Source of the DNA: Amoebidium appalachense
Lineage: Eukaryota; Protista; Ichthyosporea
Assembly (NCBI GenBank): GCA_963693365.1
Contig: CAVNZM010000010.1
Span: 4,152,159 to 4,216,158 of the forward strand
Length of the DNA: 64,000 nt
Reading direction: 5' to 3'
Translations under genes and position numbers: made by a program
Part shown: positions 51,020 through 64,000 of the stretch, one piece after another
Numbering within the stretch: position 1 is the first letter of the stretch
Layout: each line of letters starts with the position of its first letter
Notes under the pieces: generated by a model
The model's database searches: none
The model's input: only the letters and a program-made list of their open reading frames with translations
What the model was told of the DNA's origin: nothing

Positions 51020-52531
51020 ATGGCTGAGGTCAAGCCCCCTAAGCTCGATGAGCTTTTCCAGGTGGACCCGTACATCAAGAACTACGAGCATCAAATCTGC
51101 AGACGGTAAGTCTTTTTCCTATATGGTCCAGCAAAAACACCGATTTTTTGCTGGTTTCCGAGTTCTATATGTCTGCTTCGTGCACTGCCCTCTGATTCCC
51201 CTTTTCTTCATTATTCGTGCACGCTATACAGACACCCCTCGAATTCAACGCAAGTGCAAAGTCCTTGGGTTTCGTTTTTTTTTTGGGTGGGGAGAGGAGG
51301 GGGGGGGGGGGGGGATTGGGAGTGTCTAGACAAGACCACAACAGATGAGATGCTGTTTACTCGTTTGCCGTGTGCTCATCAGCTCTCTTTTATGACACGA
51401 CCCCCTTCCCCTCACAGGTACAACAACTACATCACCTACCGTAAGCGCATTGAGGAGGCCGAGGGTAGCTTGGATGCGTTCTCCAAGAGCTACCAGACGA
51501 TGGGTCTGCACATCCAGAAGGACAACAGCGTCAAGTACAAGGAGTGGATCCCCAATGCCAAGGAGGCCTGGCTCATCGGTGACTTCAGTAAGTCTCCCCC
51601 CCCCCCCCCCCCCCCCCCCCGCTCCCCTCTCTCCTCCCTCTCCCGTCCCCTCTCCGCTCCCCCCCTCCCCCCTGTCTCTCTCCCCCTTTTCTTGAGCAAC
51701 ACAATCATTAACAACTTCAGTATGTCCGCCGGCTACCGCCCCTCACCCCTCACCTCCACCCCCATGTCTCTCTCCCCCTCTTCTAAAGCAACACGATCAT
51801 CATCAACACACACACACACACACACAGGAACATGTTTTCCGTAGTGGGTCGGCTATCACCGGATGTGTCTTTCAACTGAAGCTAAAGACCACACGTAGCA
51901 AACGGATTCGATTGAAAACCAAAACCACACCGGGCCCCCCTGGACCAAGCTACCCCCCCCCCTGTCTGTCCCCGTTTGTTCTTACATCCCAGCTACTCCT
52001 TATTGTAGCTAACCAGCTCCCAACTGCCCCCTCCCCCTACTCTCTCGTTCCTCTTTTCCCCCCTCCTCTCCCCGCCGCCCTCCCCCCCCCCCCTCTCTCT
52101 GTGTGTGTGTGTGCATGCGTGTGTGTGTGTGTGTACAGACAACTGGGAGCGCAGCGATGCGTACAAGATGACGGACATTGGCTTTGGCAAGTTTGAGCTC
52201 ACCGTGCCTGCTGTTAATGGCGAGTGTGCCATTCCCCACAACAGCCGTGTGAAGGTACGGGTTCTGGCTCTGTGTGGGTGCCAACAAAGTTTTCAAGCCT
52301 ATATTTTGCCTCTGTTTATAGGACTCTCTTTCTCTTATCCCTTTTTTCTCTTGCACACCCTTCTTCTCTGACCACTATCCCCCCCCCCCCCCCCCCCCCC
52401 CCCCACCACCACCACCACCACCACCACTCCTTTTCTCTCTTCTCCCTCTCTCCGTGTCCCTCTTTCCTGCTATCGACAGTTAGCCTTAATGAAACAGATG
52501 TCTACCACCTGACATACTCATTCTGTTTCTT

Positions 52532-52564
<33 letters not shown>

Positions 52565-54419
52565 CATGCCCGGTGTTTGCTGGAGCATGTCAAATAAGTG
52601 CACCACCCCATACACTGAGGACACATTGCGTATGTTTTGGATATTGATTAGTTTCGCATCATTGTCCCCCTTCCCCCTATTTAAACCCCACTGCCTGTGC
52701 CTTCCTCTCCCTCCCTCCCTCCCTGCCTGCCTCAGGATGGGCTGGACTTTCTTTGCATATCCTGATTTGTGTTTTCCCACTTGATGCATGCTTCAGACTC
52801 TGTAACACGTCTACCCCTCCCCATCGCCCCCCCCCCCCCCCCCCCCTCCCTCCCTCCCCTTTCTCCCCTCTCCAGGTGTCGCTCAACACCAGAGACACCG
52901 GGGCTCGCCTGGACCGTATCCCTCCCTGGATCACTTATGCAGTCCAGGAGAAGGAAAACCCCGTCTACAACGGCCGCTTCTGGAAGTATGCTCCCCCCCC
53001 CCCCCCCCCCCCCCCCAAAAGAAAAAACCCGCACACACATACTACACACACACACACACACACACACACACCTCCCCCTCGCCTCGTTCGCACACGTCCC
53101 CCTTCCTCCCGCACGCGCGCGCGCGCATACACATACACACAAACACACCCCTGCACACCTTAAACTGTTCACTCACAGCTGCTCACGGACATAGTCTCCC
53201 TTCTGTGCATTTCTGACTCCCATGTATTTCTCCGTTTTTCTAAACTCCCAATCGTATCCTTTCCCTCTGCCATGTTTCATAGCTTCTATGCCCCCCCCCC
53301 CCCCTCCCCCCCCCCCCCCCCCCCCCTTTCCCCCTCCTTTTGTCGTCTCTCTTTACGTTCTGCGAGTCTACGTCCCCCCTGCCCCCCCCCTCCCCCCCCC
53401 CCCCCTCCCCGTGCTTCCCTCCCCTTACCAGGCCCTTACCTTCTACCTCTTTACCTAAGGGATTATCTTCCTCTTCTATTCCCACCTCATTCCTCCCTGC
53501 CTTCGACGTTGCTAAGGCGGGTTGAGATAGGTTTGATACACTGGTTCGGGAACACATACATTCGCTATAAGCACCCCGTTCCCCTGCCACTGGCAAATCT
53601 GGACACCGTAGATGCCTCCCCCCCCCCCCCCCCCCCCCCCTTCCTCTAAAGTGACCTTGTGCCTATACTGCATTGGACCTACAATACCATGTGGTCGCCC
53701 CTACGTGGTCTTTAAGGGGGTTTCTTTCAGGCCGATTTATTGTCCTGCTTTTTGGTCTTCGGGTCGGGCCAAATGCTGTTTGATGCGCACCAAGCAAATC
53801 AGATTGCACGTATCTAATTCGGGTTTGACCCGGTCCGCATACCTAAAAGAACCCCCCTTAAACCTCTTTGCATTTTACAGCCCCCCGAAGTCCGAGAAGT
53901 ACGAGTTCAAGCACCCCCGCCCGAATTTTAACGGAAAGAAGGGGGGTCTGCGCATCTATGAGGCCCACGTCGGCATTTCCTCCCACGAGCCCAAGATTGC
54001 CACGTACGTGCCCACCCGCAGGTGTTTTGATATAGTGGGGAGGGGGGTGGGGGGGAAAGGGAGGGGGGTCAGAGGAAGGAGCGTAGGAAGCGGGGCTGGG
54101 CGTGGGGGACGAGGGGGGGGGGGGGGGGAGGTTGCAGCGGGACGCTAAGGGGTTTGGAATGAGGACATGGACGGAGATGGGGCGGAAGCAGGACGGACAA
54201 AGGGTTTGTGTGTGTGTCGGGCGGGCGGGGGGGGGGGGGGGGGGGGGGGGGGTAGTACGGGAAAAAGGATGTAATGGTGATGGTTTTTTTGTTTGGTTTG
54301 TTGTTTTGGTGTATGGGACAGGAGAATAGAACTGGTTATGGAGGGGAACGGTGATTTTGGCTGTTCTTTTCTGATCGGGATATGAAAGTGCAACACGAGA
54401 GATTGTCGGAAATGGGGGT

Positions 54420-54465
<46 letters not shown>

Positions 54466-55331
54466 ATATCTATTTGGAGTTGAGAACAATCGAGCTAACG
54501 GCCAGATCTCTAACGTAGTGGCTTTTTGGGTAAATTGGGGGGCTAAATCAAAGCTCCTGAGAACTATGGCTTGGGTCGTTGTGGTCTGTATGCTGTACAT
54601 GCTGCATAGGAAGGGTGGGGGATTAGGCAAAAAGAGGTCAAAGGGAAAAGTAAACAGGTGCCCTACACTTAACCCTAACCGAAACATGCACACGCACACA
54701 AACACGCACACAACACCAGTTTCTCTTGCACCTCGAACCACATAACATACACCAATCACACACTACACACACTCTCTAATGCATACAACGCGTATTTATC
54801 AGCCTCTCTCGACTCACCAATACACACACACACAAGTTCACGTACACGTACACGTACATACACCCCCCCCCCCCCACCACCACCACAAACTCACATGCAC
54901 ACACACGCATACATCCCCCCTCCCCCCCCCCCCCCCCCCGGACACACACACACACACATACACCTCCCCACACACCTACACGTACACGTAAACGTACACA
55001 CACACACACACGTACACGTACCCAGGTACCGCTTCTTTGCAGACGAGATCATCCCGCGCATCAAGAAGAACGGCTACAACGCCATCCAGCTGATGGCCGT
55101 CATGGAGCATGCCTACTACGGCAGCTTCGGCTACCAGGTCTCAAACTTCTTTGCTGCTTCCTCGCGCTTCGGCACCCCCGAGGACCTTAAGTACCTCGTG
55201 GTATGTAGAAACCTTCCCCCCCCCCCCCCCCCCCCCCTTCCCACCACACACAGGCATACTCGCAGAGTCTGCATTGTGCTGTCCGTCAAATATGTGTACA
55301 TCGTACTATTTGTAACACATTCTAACCCAAC

Positions 55332-55366
<35 letters not shown>

Positions 55367-55659
55367 TTCAGGACACGGCGCACAAAAACGGCATTGTGAT
55401 GCTTCTTGACGTAGTGCACAGCCATGCCAGCAAGAACGTGGACGACGGCATCAACATGTTTGATGGCACCGACCACTGCTTCTTCCACAGCGGCGGCCGC
55501 GGCAACCACGACCTGTGGGACTCCCGCCTCTTCAATTACGGTATGTATTGCCCCCCCCCCTTCCCCCCAATATACATATATATATATATATACTTTTAAA
55601 TACTGTATGTATCTTTCCATCTCTACCCTGTCCCCCCACCTTTCCACTTCCCCTTCGCT

Positions 55660-55698
<39 letters not shown>

Positions 55699-56667
55699 TT
55701 GAATGGGCTCTTCCTTTGATGAAAAGTTTTTTTTTGTTACTGTGTGTGTGCTCTGAATCTGCATTGTTTTCGGCCGTGGATGTGTACTCCGTACACAGAA
55801 ACATATTCTATCCCCCCCCCCCCCCCCCCCCCCCCCCCTCTCCCCGCCGGCCCCTCTCTTTCCCTCCTTCCTCTTCGGGGGACAAAGGTATCCATGATAT
55901 TCTTTGCTATTTGACTGCAGTAGAGCAACCCGAACTGGAAAATACAAAATAAACAGAGACCATTTTGCTGTTCGCATACCATCCTTTAACCCATTGAAAA
56001 GACACCATTTAGGCTTTAGTGACACGCTGTTCGCATACCATCCTTTAACCCATTGAAAAGACACCATTTAGGCTTTAGTGACACAAGTAGGCTAACATGT
56101 GTGTTGTGTGTTCCTAGGCCATTGGGAGGTCATGCGGTTCCTCCTTTCCAACCTGCGCTGGTGGGTGGAGGAGTACCGCTTTGACGGCTTCCGCTTCGAC
56201 GGTGTCACCTCCATGCTCTATACCCACCACGGCATGGGCGTAGGGTGTGTTCCCATTTCTCTCTCTTCCCTCCTCCCCCCTCCCCCCCCCCCCCCCCCCC
56301 CCCCCTCCCCCCTCCCCCCCTCCTCTCCATATTGCTTGGCATTGGCATTCCATGTTGTGTAAGGTTTTTTTCAATGTGTTTCGGTTTCCTGTTTTCCTGT
56401 ATTATGGCACTTATCCCACACAGAAAAAGAGGAGAAAAAAGAAAGAGAAGAAAAATATCCCACACAGAAAAAGAGGCGAAAAAAGAAAGAGAAGAAAAAC
56501 CACACACACGCATGCATACACACACACACACACAAACACACACACACCTACACACACACACACACACACACACACCTCCCCTCCCCCTCCTCCTCCTCCC
56601 CCCCCCCCCCCCCTCCCTCCCCCGCAACCTCAACCTCAATCTCAACCTCCTCCTTAAATTGCAGGTT

Positions 56668-56729
<62 letters not shown>

Positions 56730-57102
56730 CCTCCCCCCCCCCCCCCCCCCCCCCCCCGTCCCCTGCCCTCCCCCCTCCCTCCCATCCCCTTCCTCCCTCC
56801 CCCCCCCCCCCCCCCTCCCCCCCCCCCCCCCCCCCCCTCCTCCACCTCCACCTCCACCTTGCATTGCATTGCAGGTTCAGCGGGGACTACAACGAGTACT
56901 TTGGCGACTCCGTGGACGACGAGGCGTTCCTGTACATGCAGATGGCAAACAGCATGCTGCACGAGGCACTGCCCATCATGGTCACCGTGGCTGAGGATGT
57001 GAGCGGTATGCCGGCACTGTGCCGCCCGGTCGAGGAGGGTGGCGGAGGTTTTGACTACCGGTATGTGTACGTGTGTGTGTGTGTGTTGTGTGTTGTGTTT
57101 TT

Positions 57103-57133
<31 letters not shown>

Positions 57134-57990
57134 TAGGTGTTTGTGGTTTGGGGGATGTGTGTGTGTGTGCGGGGGGGGGGGGAGGGGGGATGGGTGTGAG
57201 CTGTATGCCTGCACTGTGGCGCCCAGGTGAGGAGGGTGGCGGAGGATTCGACTACCGGTGCTTGTGTGTGTGTGTGTGGGGGGGGGGACTGGGTTTTGTG
57301 GGGATGGGGGGGGTGTTTGTGTGTGTGGTGGATGGGTGGGGGGGGGGGGGGGAGTAGTAGTTGGGGAATGTTGGTGAGGGGGGCTTGTGGAGGGACGGTG
57401 ATTGATTGGGTAAGGGGGGGGGGGGGGGAGGGGGAGAAGGAAGGAGGGATGTGTCCGGATAGTCATTTTCCCTAACAACCCACGTCACTTACCAATAACA
57501 CAACCGCTCCCCTCGTTCTATGTCACACACACACAACACAGGCACACACAGCTCCACATAACCTTACACAAACCCCCATCGCGCGCGCACATGACTTCAA
57601 CTACACACTGTACGCACACATGTACATGTGCACAAACACAACGTACACACACACACACACCTTCACACGTACACGTACACAGCCTTGCCATGGCCATCCC
57701 CGACAAGTGGATCGAGCTTCTCAAGGAGTCCACGGACGACCAGTGGGAGATGGGCAACATCGCGTTCACCTTGACCAACCGCCGCTGGGGGGAGAAGACC
57801 ATTGCGTATGCTGAGAGCCACGACCAGGCACTGGTGGGAGACAAGACCATTGCCTTCTGGCTCATGGACAAGGAGGTATTCAACGACTTTCTCTCTCTCC
57901 TTTTTTTGGGGGGGGGGGGGGAGGGGGGGGGGGACGGGGGGGTACGTGTGGGTGGGTTGGGAAATGTGTGTCTGGGTGTATGTGGTGGTG

Positions 57991-58026
<36 letters not shown>

Positions 58027-59026
58027 TGTGTTCGTATGCGTGGGAGGGAAAGTGTGCAAATGTTTGTGTGTATGTGTGTGTGCCGGGGGGGGGGGGGGGG
58101 GGGGGGATGAGTCCGTTGCACGGGCGAATGGATCGTATGGCTGTGTGGTTGAATGTGTGCGCATGTGCAAGGTCAATGATTGATGAGGTGGTAGGTTTAC
58201 CTCTGTTGCGTACATGGTGTGTGTGCATCAACGTTGCACCCCATCATTATCTACTGCAGTTCTAACCCACACGCCCTACCACACAGATGTACACGCACAT
58301 GTCGGACCTAGCGCCCAAGTCTCTCGTAGTGGACCGCGGCATTGCCCTGCACAAGATGATCCGCATGGTTACGTACGCCCTGGGCGGGGAGGCCTATCTC
58401 AACTTCATCGGCAACGAGTGGGGCCACCCCGAGTGGCTGGATTTCCCCCGTGCAGGCAACAACGAGAGCTACCACTATGCGCGCAGGCAGTGGAATGTGT
58501 TGGATGACCACCTGCTTAAGTACAAGGTGTGTTGACGCCCATGTGGCAATATCTTCTTTAATGATTTCTTTACATTATGCTAGTTTTCCCAGTGTCTAAA
58601 GAAGGAAGTAGCATGTTATCTTTTTTAATCTCGCAGTGTCCAAAGAAGGAAATCACAACATGCTATGTGTCGGCAAAGCCAATAATATGCTCTTGACGTC
58701 GAAATGATGCATCGTGCCAATGCATGTAGTGTTTTAACATAGGGCCTGATGTTTCCTGTGTTTACTCTCAGGTTTGTATGACATTGCATCGCCTGCACAT
58801 GCCCTAATGTCCCGCGGTGAACTCGCACACCAAAGAATGCCCATTTACCCCTTCACTCTATTTCTCTACCTAATGTGGAAGTCTTAATCCATTCTAAATG
58901 TGATATTTTCCGCGTTTGCACCGTGAGTTAACCCATTTCCCCCCCACTCGCAGTACCTCAACAACTGGGACGCTGCCATGCACGCCCTCGAGGATCAGTA
59001 CAAGTGGCTCACAAGCACCCACGTAC

Positions 59027-59071
<45 letters not shown>

Positions 59072-59982
59072 AAAAAAAAAAACCAACCAAAACAAAACAA
59101 AACACAACACACATGCACACGCACGCATACACACACACACATATGCACACACCGGGGAGCCAGCTGGGGGAGGCCTGCAGAATGCAGAACACATCTTTTT
59201 ATATCGGTTTTCTTCATAGGCCATGAACGTAATTTATAGTATATGTTTTCTGCATATTACACTGCCTCGTACTGTGTAATAGATCTGTAACCTTCTCCGC
59301 CTGTGTTTTCTTTTGTGCATATCTGCATTTTATCTTTATTAGTTGTGAACTTGATTGCCTATGTACTTGTTTTGCACCCCAAACTGTGTACAGCTGTATT
59401 CCCAATCCATCTTGACGTTCCCTCTCTTTGTTTGAACAGTGCACTGCTGTATTCCTAATCCATCTTGACGTTCCCTCTCTTTGTTTGAACAGTGCATTTT
59501 CAATTTTCTACATACACACCTGCACACCTATACACGCTTGCTCTTCACTTTTCAACACGATAGCTTGGGGTTTGCTCTGACAATTTCAACGCAAGCTCTG
59601 AAATCAACCGAACTGCTGACCAGAGCACAGTGTTCCAGAACACAATGTAGCACTTTCCACTGACCTTTTTTTCCCTTTTCCACACACAGAACTTTGTGAG
59701 CTGCAAGCACGAGGGGGACAAGGTGATTGCGTTTGAGCGCGGTGAGCTGCTGTTCATCATGAACTTCCACCCGACGAAGAGCTTCACCGACTACCGCATC
59801 GGCACCCTGTGGAACGCAAAGTATGATATACCCCCCCCCCCCCCCCCTCAAAAAAATCAAAATAAAATAAAATAAACTAGAGAGAGAGAGAGAGAATGGG
59901 GGGGGGAGGGGGGGGGGGGTCCCATTCTCCCCCTCCCCCTCAAAAAAAAAATAAAAATAAAATAGAGAGAGAGAGAGGATGT

Positions 59983-60017
<35 letters not shown>

Positions 60018-60026
60018 AAGAAAGAA

Positions 60027-60060
<34 letters not shown>

Positions 60061-60241
60061 AAGAAAGAAAACAGGGGGTGTGGGCACTGCACACGCTGCA
60101 CTACTGACCGTGTTTGTACAGAGGCATCGTATCCACCACACACGTGCATGGTGTTAGGTGGGGAGGAATTTTTTTTTTCCGGTTGAATCTGGTGGTGGTG
60201 TTTTTTTTGTTTTGTTTTGTTTGTTTGTTTTGTTTGTTTTT

Positions 60242-60292
<51 letters not shown>

Positions 60293-60384
60293 AAGCGTAG
60301 TTACAAGCTACTTCTAAGCTTTAACACGTGTGTGTGTGTGTGTGTGTTGCATGTGTTATGCGCGTGTGCATGTGCTGACCCCCC

Positions 60385-60415
<31 letters not shown>

Positions 60416-60598
60416 ATACACACACGCACGCACAGGTACACGATTGCGCTCAACAGCGACGACCCCCAGTTCGGCGGGTACAACCTGATCGACCCCAAGT
60501 CCGAGTACTTTGCGCAGGACTACAAGTGGCACGACCGCCCATACTCCATCCAGGTCTACATTCCTAGCCGTGTGTGCCTGGTTCTCAAGCACGACTAG
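51020..60598 (+). CDS. GBE1: 1,4-alpha-glucan branching enzyme (glycogen branching enzyme, GH13)
   Basis: 14 in-phase coding exons: 51020-51105, 51418-51587, 52139-52254, 52876-52985, 53881-54003, 55026-55200, 55372-55540, 56118-56244, 56875-57060, 57683-57875, 58287-58526, 58954-59022, 59690-59820, 60436-60598. Motifs: [44 protein letters not shown] (nucleophile), AEDVSGMP (acid/base), [28 protein letters not shown]. Confidence 0.97.
53716..53857. mobile_element. 142-bp MITE with TTAA target duplication (Kolobok-like GG...CC termini) in a GBE intron
   Basis: TTAA at 53712-53715 and 53858-53861. TIRs GGGGGTTTCTTTCAGG / CCTAAAAGAACCCCCC have 2 mismatches. Internal complementary segments CGGGTCGGGCC / GGTTTGACCCG. 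Confidence 0.7.
55967..56084. repeat. Perfect 59-bp tandem duplication in a GBE intron
   Basis: GCTGTTCGCATACC...GGCTTTAGTGACAC at 55967-56025 and 56026-56084. Confidence 0.9.
59393..59496. repeat. Near-perfect 53-bp-period tandem duplication in a GBE intron
   Basis: GCTGTATTCC[C/T]AATCCATCTTGACGTTCCCTCTCTTTGTTTGAACAGTGCA at 59393 and 59446. Confidence 0.9.
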
Positions 60599-61510
60599 GA
60601 TTGAAATCCGTGTAAAACACACGCGCGCGCCCCACACACGTTTTTTTTTTGTTTTTTTTTTTAACGGAGTTTTGGAATAGGGATAGATGTGGAGAAAGGG
60701 ACGATGGTGTGGGATGGCATAATGGGGAGGAAAAGATAGAATAGAGGGGTTTTGGTGTGTGTGTGTGCGTGTGTGACGGTATAGATGGGATGATGTTTAC
60801 TATTAGGTGGTTGTGGGGTCTTTAGTTGATCGTATTAATGTGGACTGTCATACTTCAAGACCTTCAGAGGGGGTGTCCCGCTATTTATTGAACCCTTTAC
60901 TGATTTTCATTCTTTATTTTTTTTTTTCTTTCTTTCTTTTTTGCCAACCCTAATCCACCTCTTCTTATCCAAAAAAAAAAAAAGCAAAAAAAAAAAACGT
61001 ATTTTAAACAAGTATCCTTATAAATGATAGAGTTAGTTCTAAAACCAACAGTAAGTGTTGACTGTCGGTTAGCTACCCGAGGCTCCGTTTCTGGGTGGTT
61101 GGTGTATGGTGAAAACCGGTGTCGGTATTTTCCGTATCGGTGTGTTCTCCACTGTTTTTGCTCGTTCATTTCATCTTCGTTTTTTGGTTCCATTTTTGGG
61201 GTTTATTTGTTTTTCCCTTTATTGGAGAGACACATCCTGCCGTTTCGATTGGGTGTGATCCTGGTGGTGCACCCGTCGTTTTGGGCCAATCAAAAGTATA
61301 CATTAAAACCATTGGTGATTTATGTTACATAAAGTTCCCATTTAAGTAGTTGCCACCTGCGGTATGTATACATTGCACTCTACATGGCACCCAAACACAA
61401 GCAACACATCCACACACATGCATTAGCATATAGAAAAGAGGAGGGGAGTACAATAGTAGTTAAATGGTGGGGGGGGGGGGGAAGGTCCGACCCAACATGT
61501 GCACACGCAC

Positions 61511-61549
61511 CAAGGCCTCCTATATAGGAGTGCTATATAGGAGGCCTTG
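61511..61549. repeat. Perfect 17-bp inverted repeat (hairpin) containing a CArG box
   Basis: CAAGGCCTCCTATATAG-GAGTG-CTATATAGGAGGCCTTG. Confidence 0.85.
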
Positions 61550-61598
61550 ACACACACACACAAAAAAAAAAAACACGTACACAGACAGACACACACAT

Positions 61599-61635
<37 letters not shown>

Positions 61636-62298
61636 TTCCCCTCCCCTTCCCTCAAGTTCGGTGGCCTCAGAAGAGTCGGGCCCCACCCACACAAGGGGAC
61701 AGTGTCAGTTACACACACGTGCATGCTCACACGCACACACACGAACACACAGAGAGAGAGACACCGTCACAATCCCGGGTGACACTGTGCGCACGCGCCC
61801 ACACACAGACACACAGTCACACACTCGGACAGGCACGAACGCCCTCAAACGGACGCATACCAAACAATCACACGCACACATACCACACACACGCACACAC
61901 GAACACACCTGTGCACACTTGACATGCAGTCTGAGACACACGCACACACCCAGATTGCCACATATTTACCGGAGCTTAACACTCTGCCAAACGTGTACCA
62001 AAAAGGCAGCCATGAGAAAAATAGACCCGCGGCCCGGCTGGCTCGTGACACATAGTGAGCGCAAATGATTTCAAATGCCCAAATACTATTTGAAGCGCTG
62101 TTCGGAGCCTAAGAGGTTGGTTGGTGGAGAGATATGATAGTCATCGAGAGTCACGCAAGTAGGGCCTGGGAGTCCCCCCCCTCCCCCCCCCCCTCCCCTT
62201 CCCCCTCAAACTTTGAACAACAACACACACGCACGCGGTTAATTTGCGGAGAGGGGCCAGGAGGGACTGGGTACCACACCCTCGAGCAGACTCTACAG

Positions 62299-62368
<70 letters not shown>

Positions 62369-62469
62369 ACCCACCCACCCACCCACCCACGCACACACAT
62401 ACACACAGTTAATTTGGGGAAAGGGGGGAGGGGGGAGTGGATGCCACCCCCTCAAGCAGGTGTGTGTCC

Positions 62470-62509
<40 letters not shown>

Positions 62510-63117
62510 TCCTGGGGCGGCCCCGCAACAGGAACGTAGGGAGCTCTTGGGTCAGGAGCAATAATCAGTGACTAACCTCTCTTCAACACAATTCATATCC
62601 AAAAACCCTATGTATCCATGTGGGCATGGGCACATATATATGTAAAGACGTGCATGAACAAGAACGCGTTGTTTCAGCACACATAGACTGAGTGCAACTC
62701 ATGGAGAAACAGATTAGTACATAGACACGCAAGAACACATACACACATGCGCACGAACACACACACACCCACACACACCCACAGAGCCGGAGAGAGAGGG
62801 GGGGGGGGGGGGGGAGGGAGGGGGGGAACAGAGAGAGAGAAAGAAAGAGACAGAGAGAGGGCGGGAAGAGAGAGAGGTGACAGAGAGGGGGAGAGAGAGG
62901 GGGGGGGGGGGGGGGGGGGGGGGAGAGAGAGAGAGATGTGCATGTGTGCAGGTGACACACCATGCGCATGCGCACACATGCCCGGACACATATACAAAAG
63001 CACTCACGCGCATGCGCGCATACGCATCCCCCCCCCCCCCTGACACACACACGTAAACACACGAACCGGCACACACGTAAAGACACACGTACACACACAC
63101 ACACACACACATACACA

Positions 63118-63192
<75 letters not shown>

Positions 63193-63429
63193 AGACACAG
63201 GCAGACACAGACAGACATTGCTAAGTACGCCTCATGGGCACACAGTCGGGAGTGTGTTTGAAAAAGCCACATGTTCCCGCAGCTGCAAGACCACCGCTCG
63301 TTGGAGTGTCCAGAAAATTTGTTTGTGTGGATAAGATCATGACGTGTTTGAAGCAATGTTTGAAGGGACTGCCTTATAGTAATTGGCCTTTTCTTTCATA
63401 ATACCATGAAAAAAGCCCCCCTCTCCCCC

Positions 63430-63460
<31 letters not shown>

Positions 63461-63812
63461 ACACGCACACACCCCCCTCCCCCGAGTCCCCCCCACACAC
63501 ACACACCATCCACCCCAAACAAACACAAGGCCAACCTCATCGACGAGCACTAGGTTAATAAAAAAACCAAGGTCCCACATAGGCTATGTTCCCCGAAAAA
63601 TTAGACCCTATTTTCAAAGTTCCCTTTCTTTTAAAATTTTCAGTCACCCCCTGCATTTAAATGAAATGCCCCTCGCCCCCTCCCCCACCCCTTTTCCCCC
63701 TCCTCTGCCTCACTTGCCTAATCAACAGTATTATGATGGCATAGTACTGGCAGGAGTCCGATGAATTGAAAGCCTACGTAGCAGCCCCCCAGCCCCCTCC
63801 CCCTCCCCCCCC

Positions 63813-63847
<35 letters not shown>

Positions 63848-64000
63848 TTTCCCCCACACACGCACAAGTACACAGCTCGTCCAGCCTGAGGGTTTTTTTT
63901 TTCTTTTCAATCAAGTTCTATCCGTGTCACGTGCCATAAGTAGAGAGCGTAACCTCACCCAATGTTCAACCTTACTAAGTTGTTTTATAAAAAATATATA

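Noticed and set aside
54661-54682. CCCTAA telomere-like sequence
   Set aside because: Only about two imperfect units; expected by chance.
55985-56060. TTAACCCATT as piggyBac termini
   Set aside because: Both copies are in direct orientation within a tandem duplication; no inverted partner end was found.
62230-63370. Possible minus-strand exons of a gene entering from the right edge
   Set aside because: Short AG-bounded unique segments exist, but no consistent frame or recognisable motif could be built.

Overview
Eukaryotic nuclear DNA from an intron-rich genome. Introns and intergenic DNA are saturated with poly-C/poly-G tracts and (CA)n/(GT)n microsatellites, so most ORFs in the supplied track are artefacts. 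Manual GT-AG splicing recovers five genes. (1) An ARID4/RBBP1-like chromatin reader (+, 815-16080): hybrid Tudor, RBB1NT/PWWP, two chromo-barrels and a long charged tail, with no visible ARID domain. (2) An extended-SDR (CCR/DFR/Gre2-like) protein with degenerate cofactor and catalytic motifs (+, 18416-21481). (3) A BRCA1-like RING / coiled-coil / tandem-BRCT gene (-, 38917-25391) whose intron positions match human BRCA1 as I recall it. (4) An intronless non-RD Ser/Thr kinase (-, 46459-45431). (5) A glycogen branching enzyme (+, 51020-60598). Mobile DNA comprises a 2.98-kb element with split direct repeats (A1-ORF-B1A2-B2, AAT at both ends and at the internal junction) carrying only a gag-like ORF, a 5'-truncated poly(A)-tailed non-LTR retrotransposon, and a TTAA-flanked MITE. 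Gene content suggests a holozoan, possibly a unicellular relative of animals, but this is inference. Several 1-bp frameshifts at homopolymer runs probably reflect consensus errors. All family assignments rest on motif recognition from memory; no searches were run.
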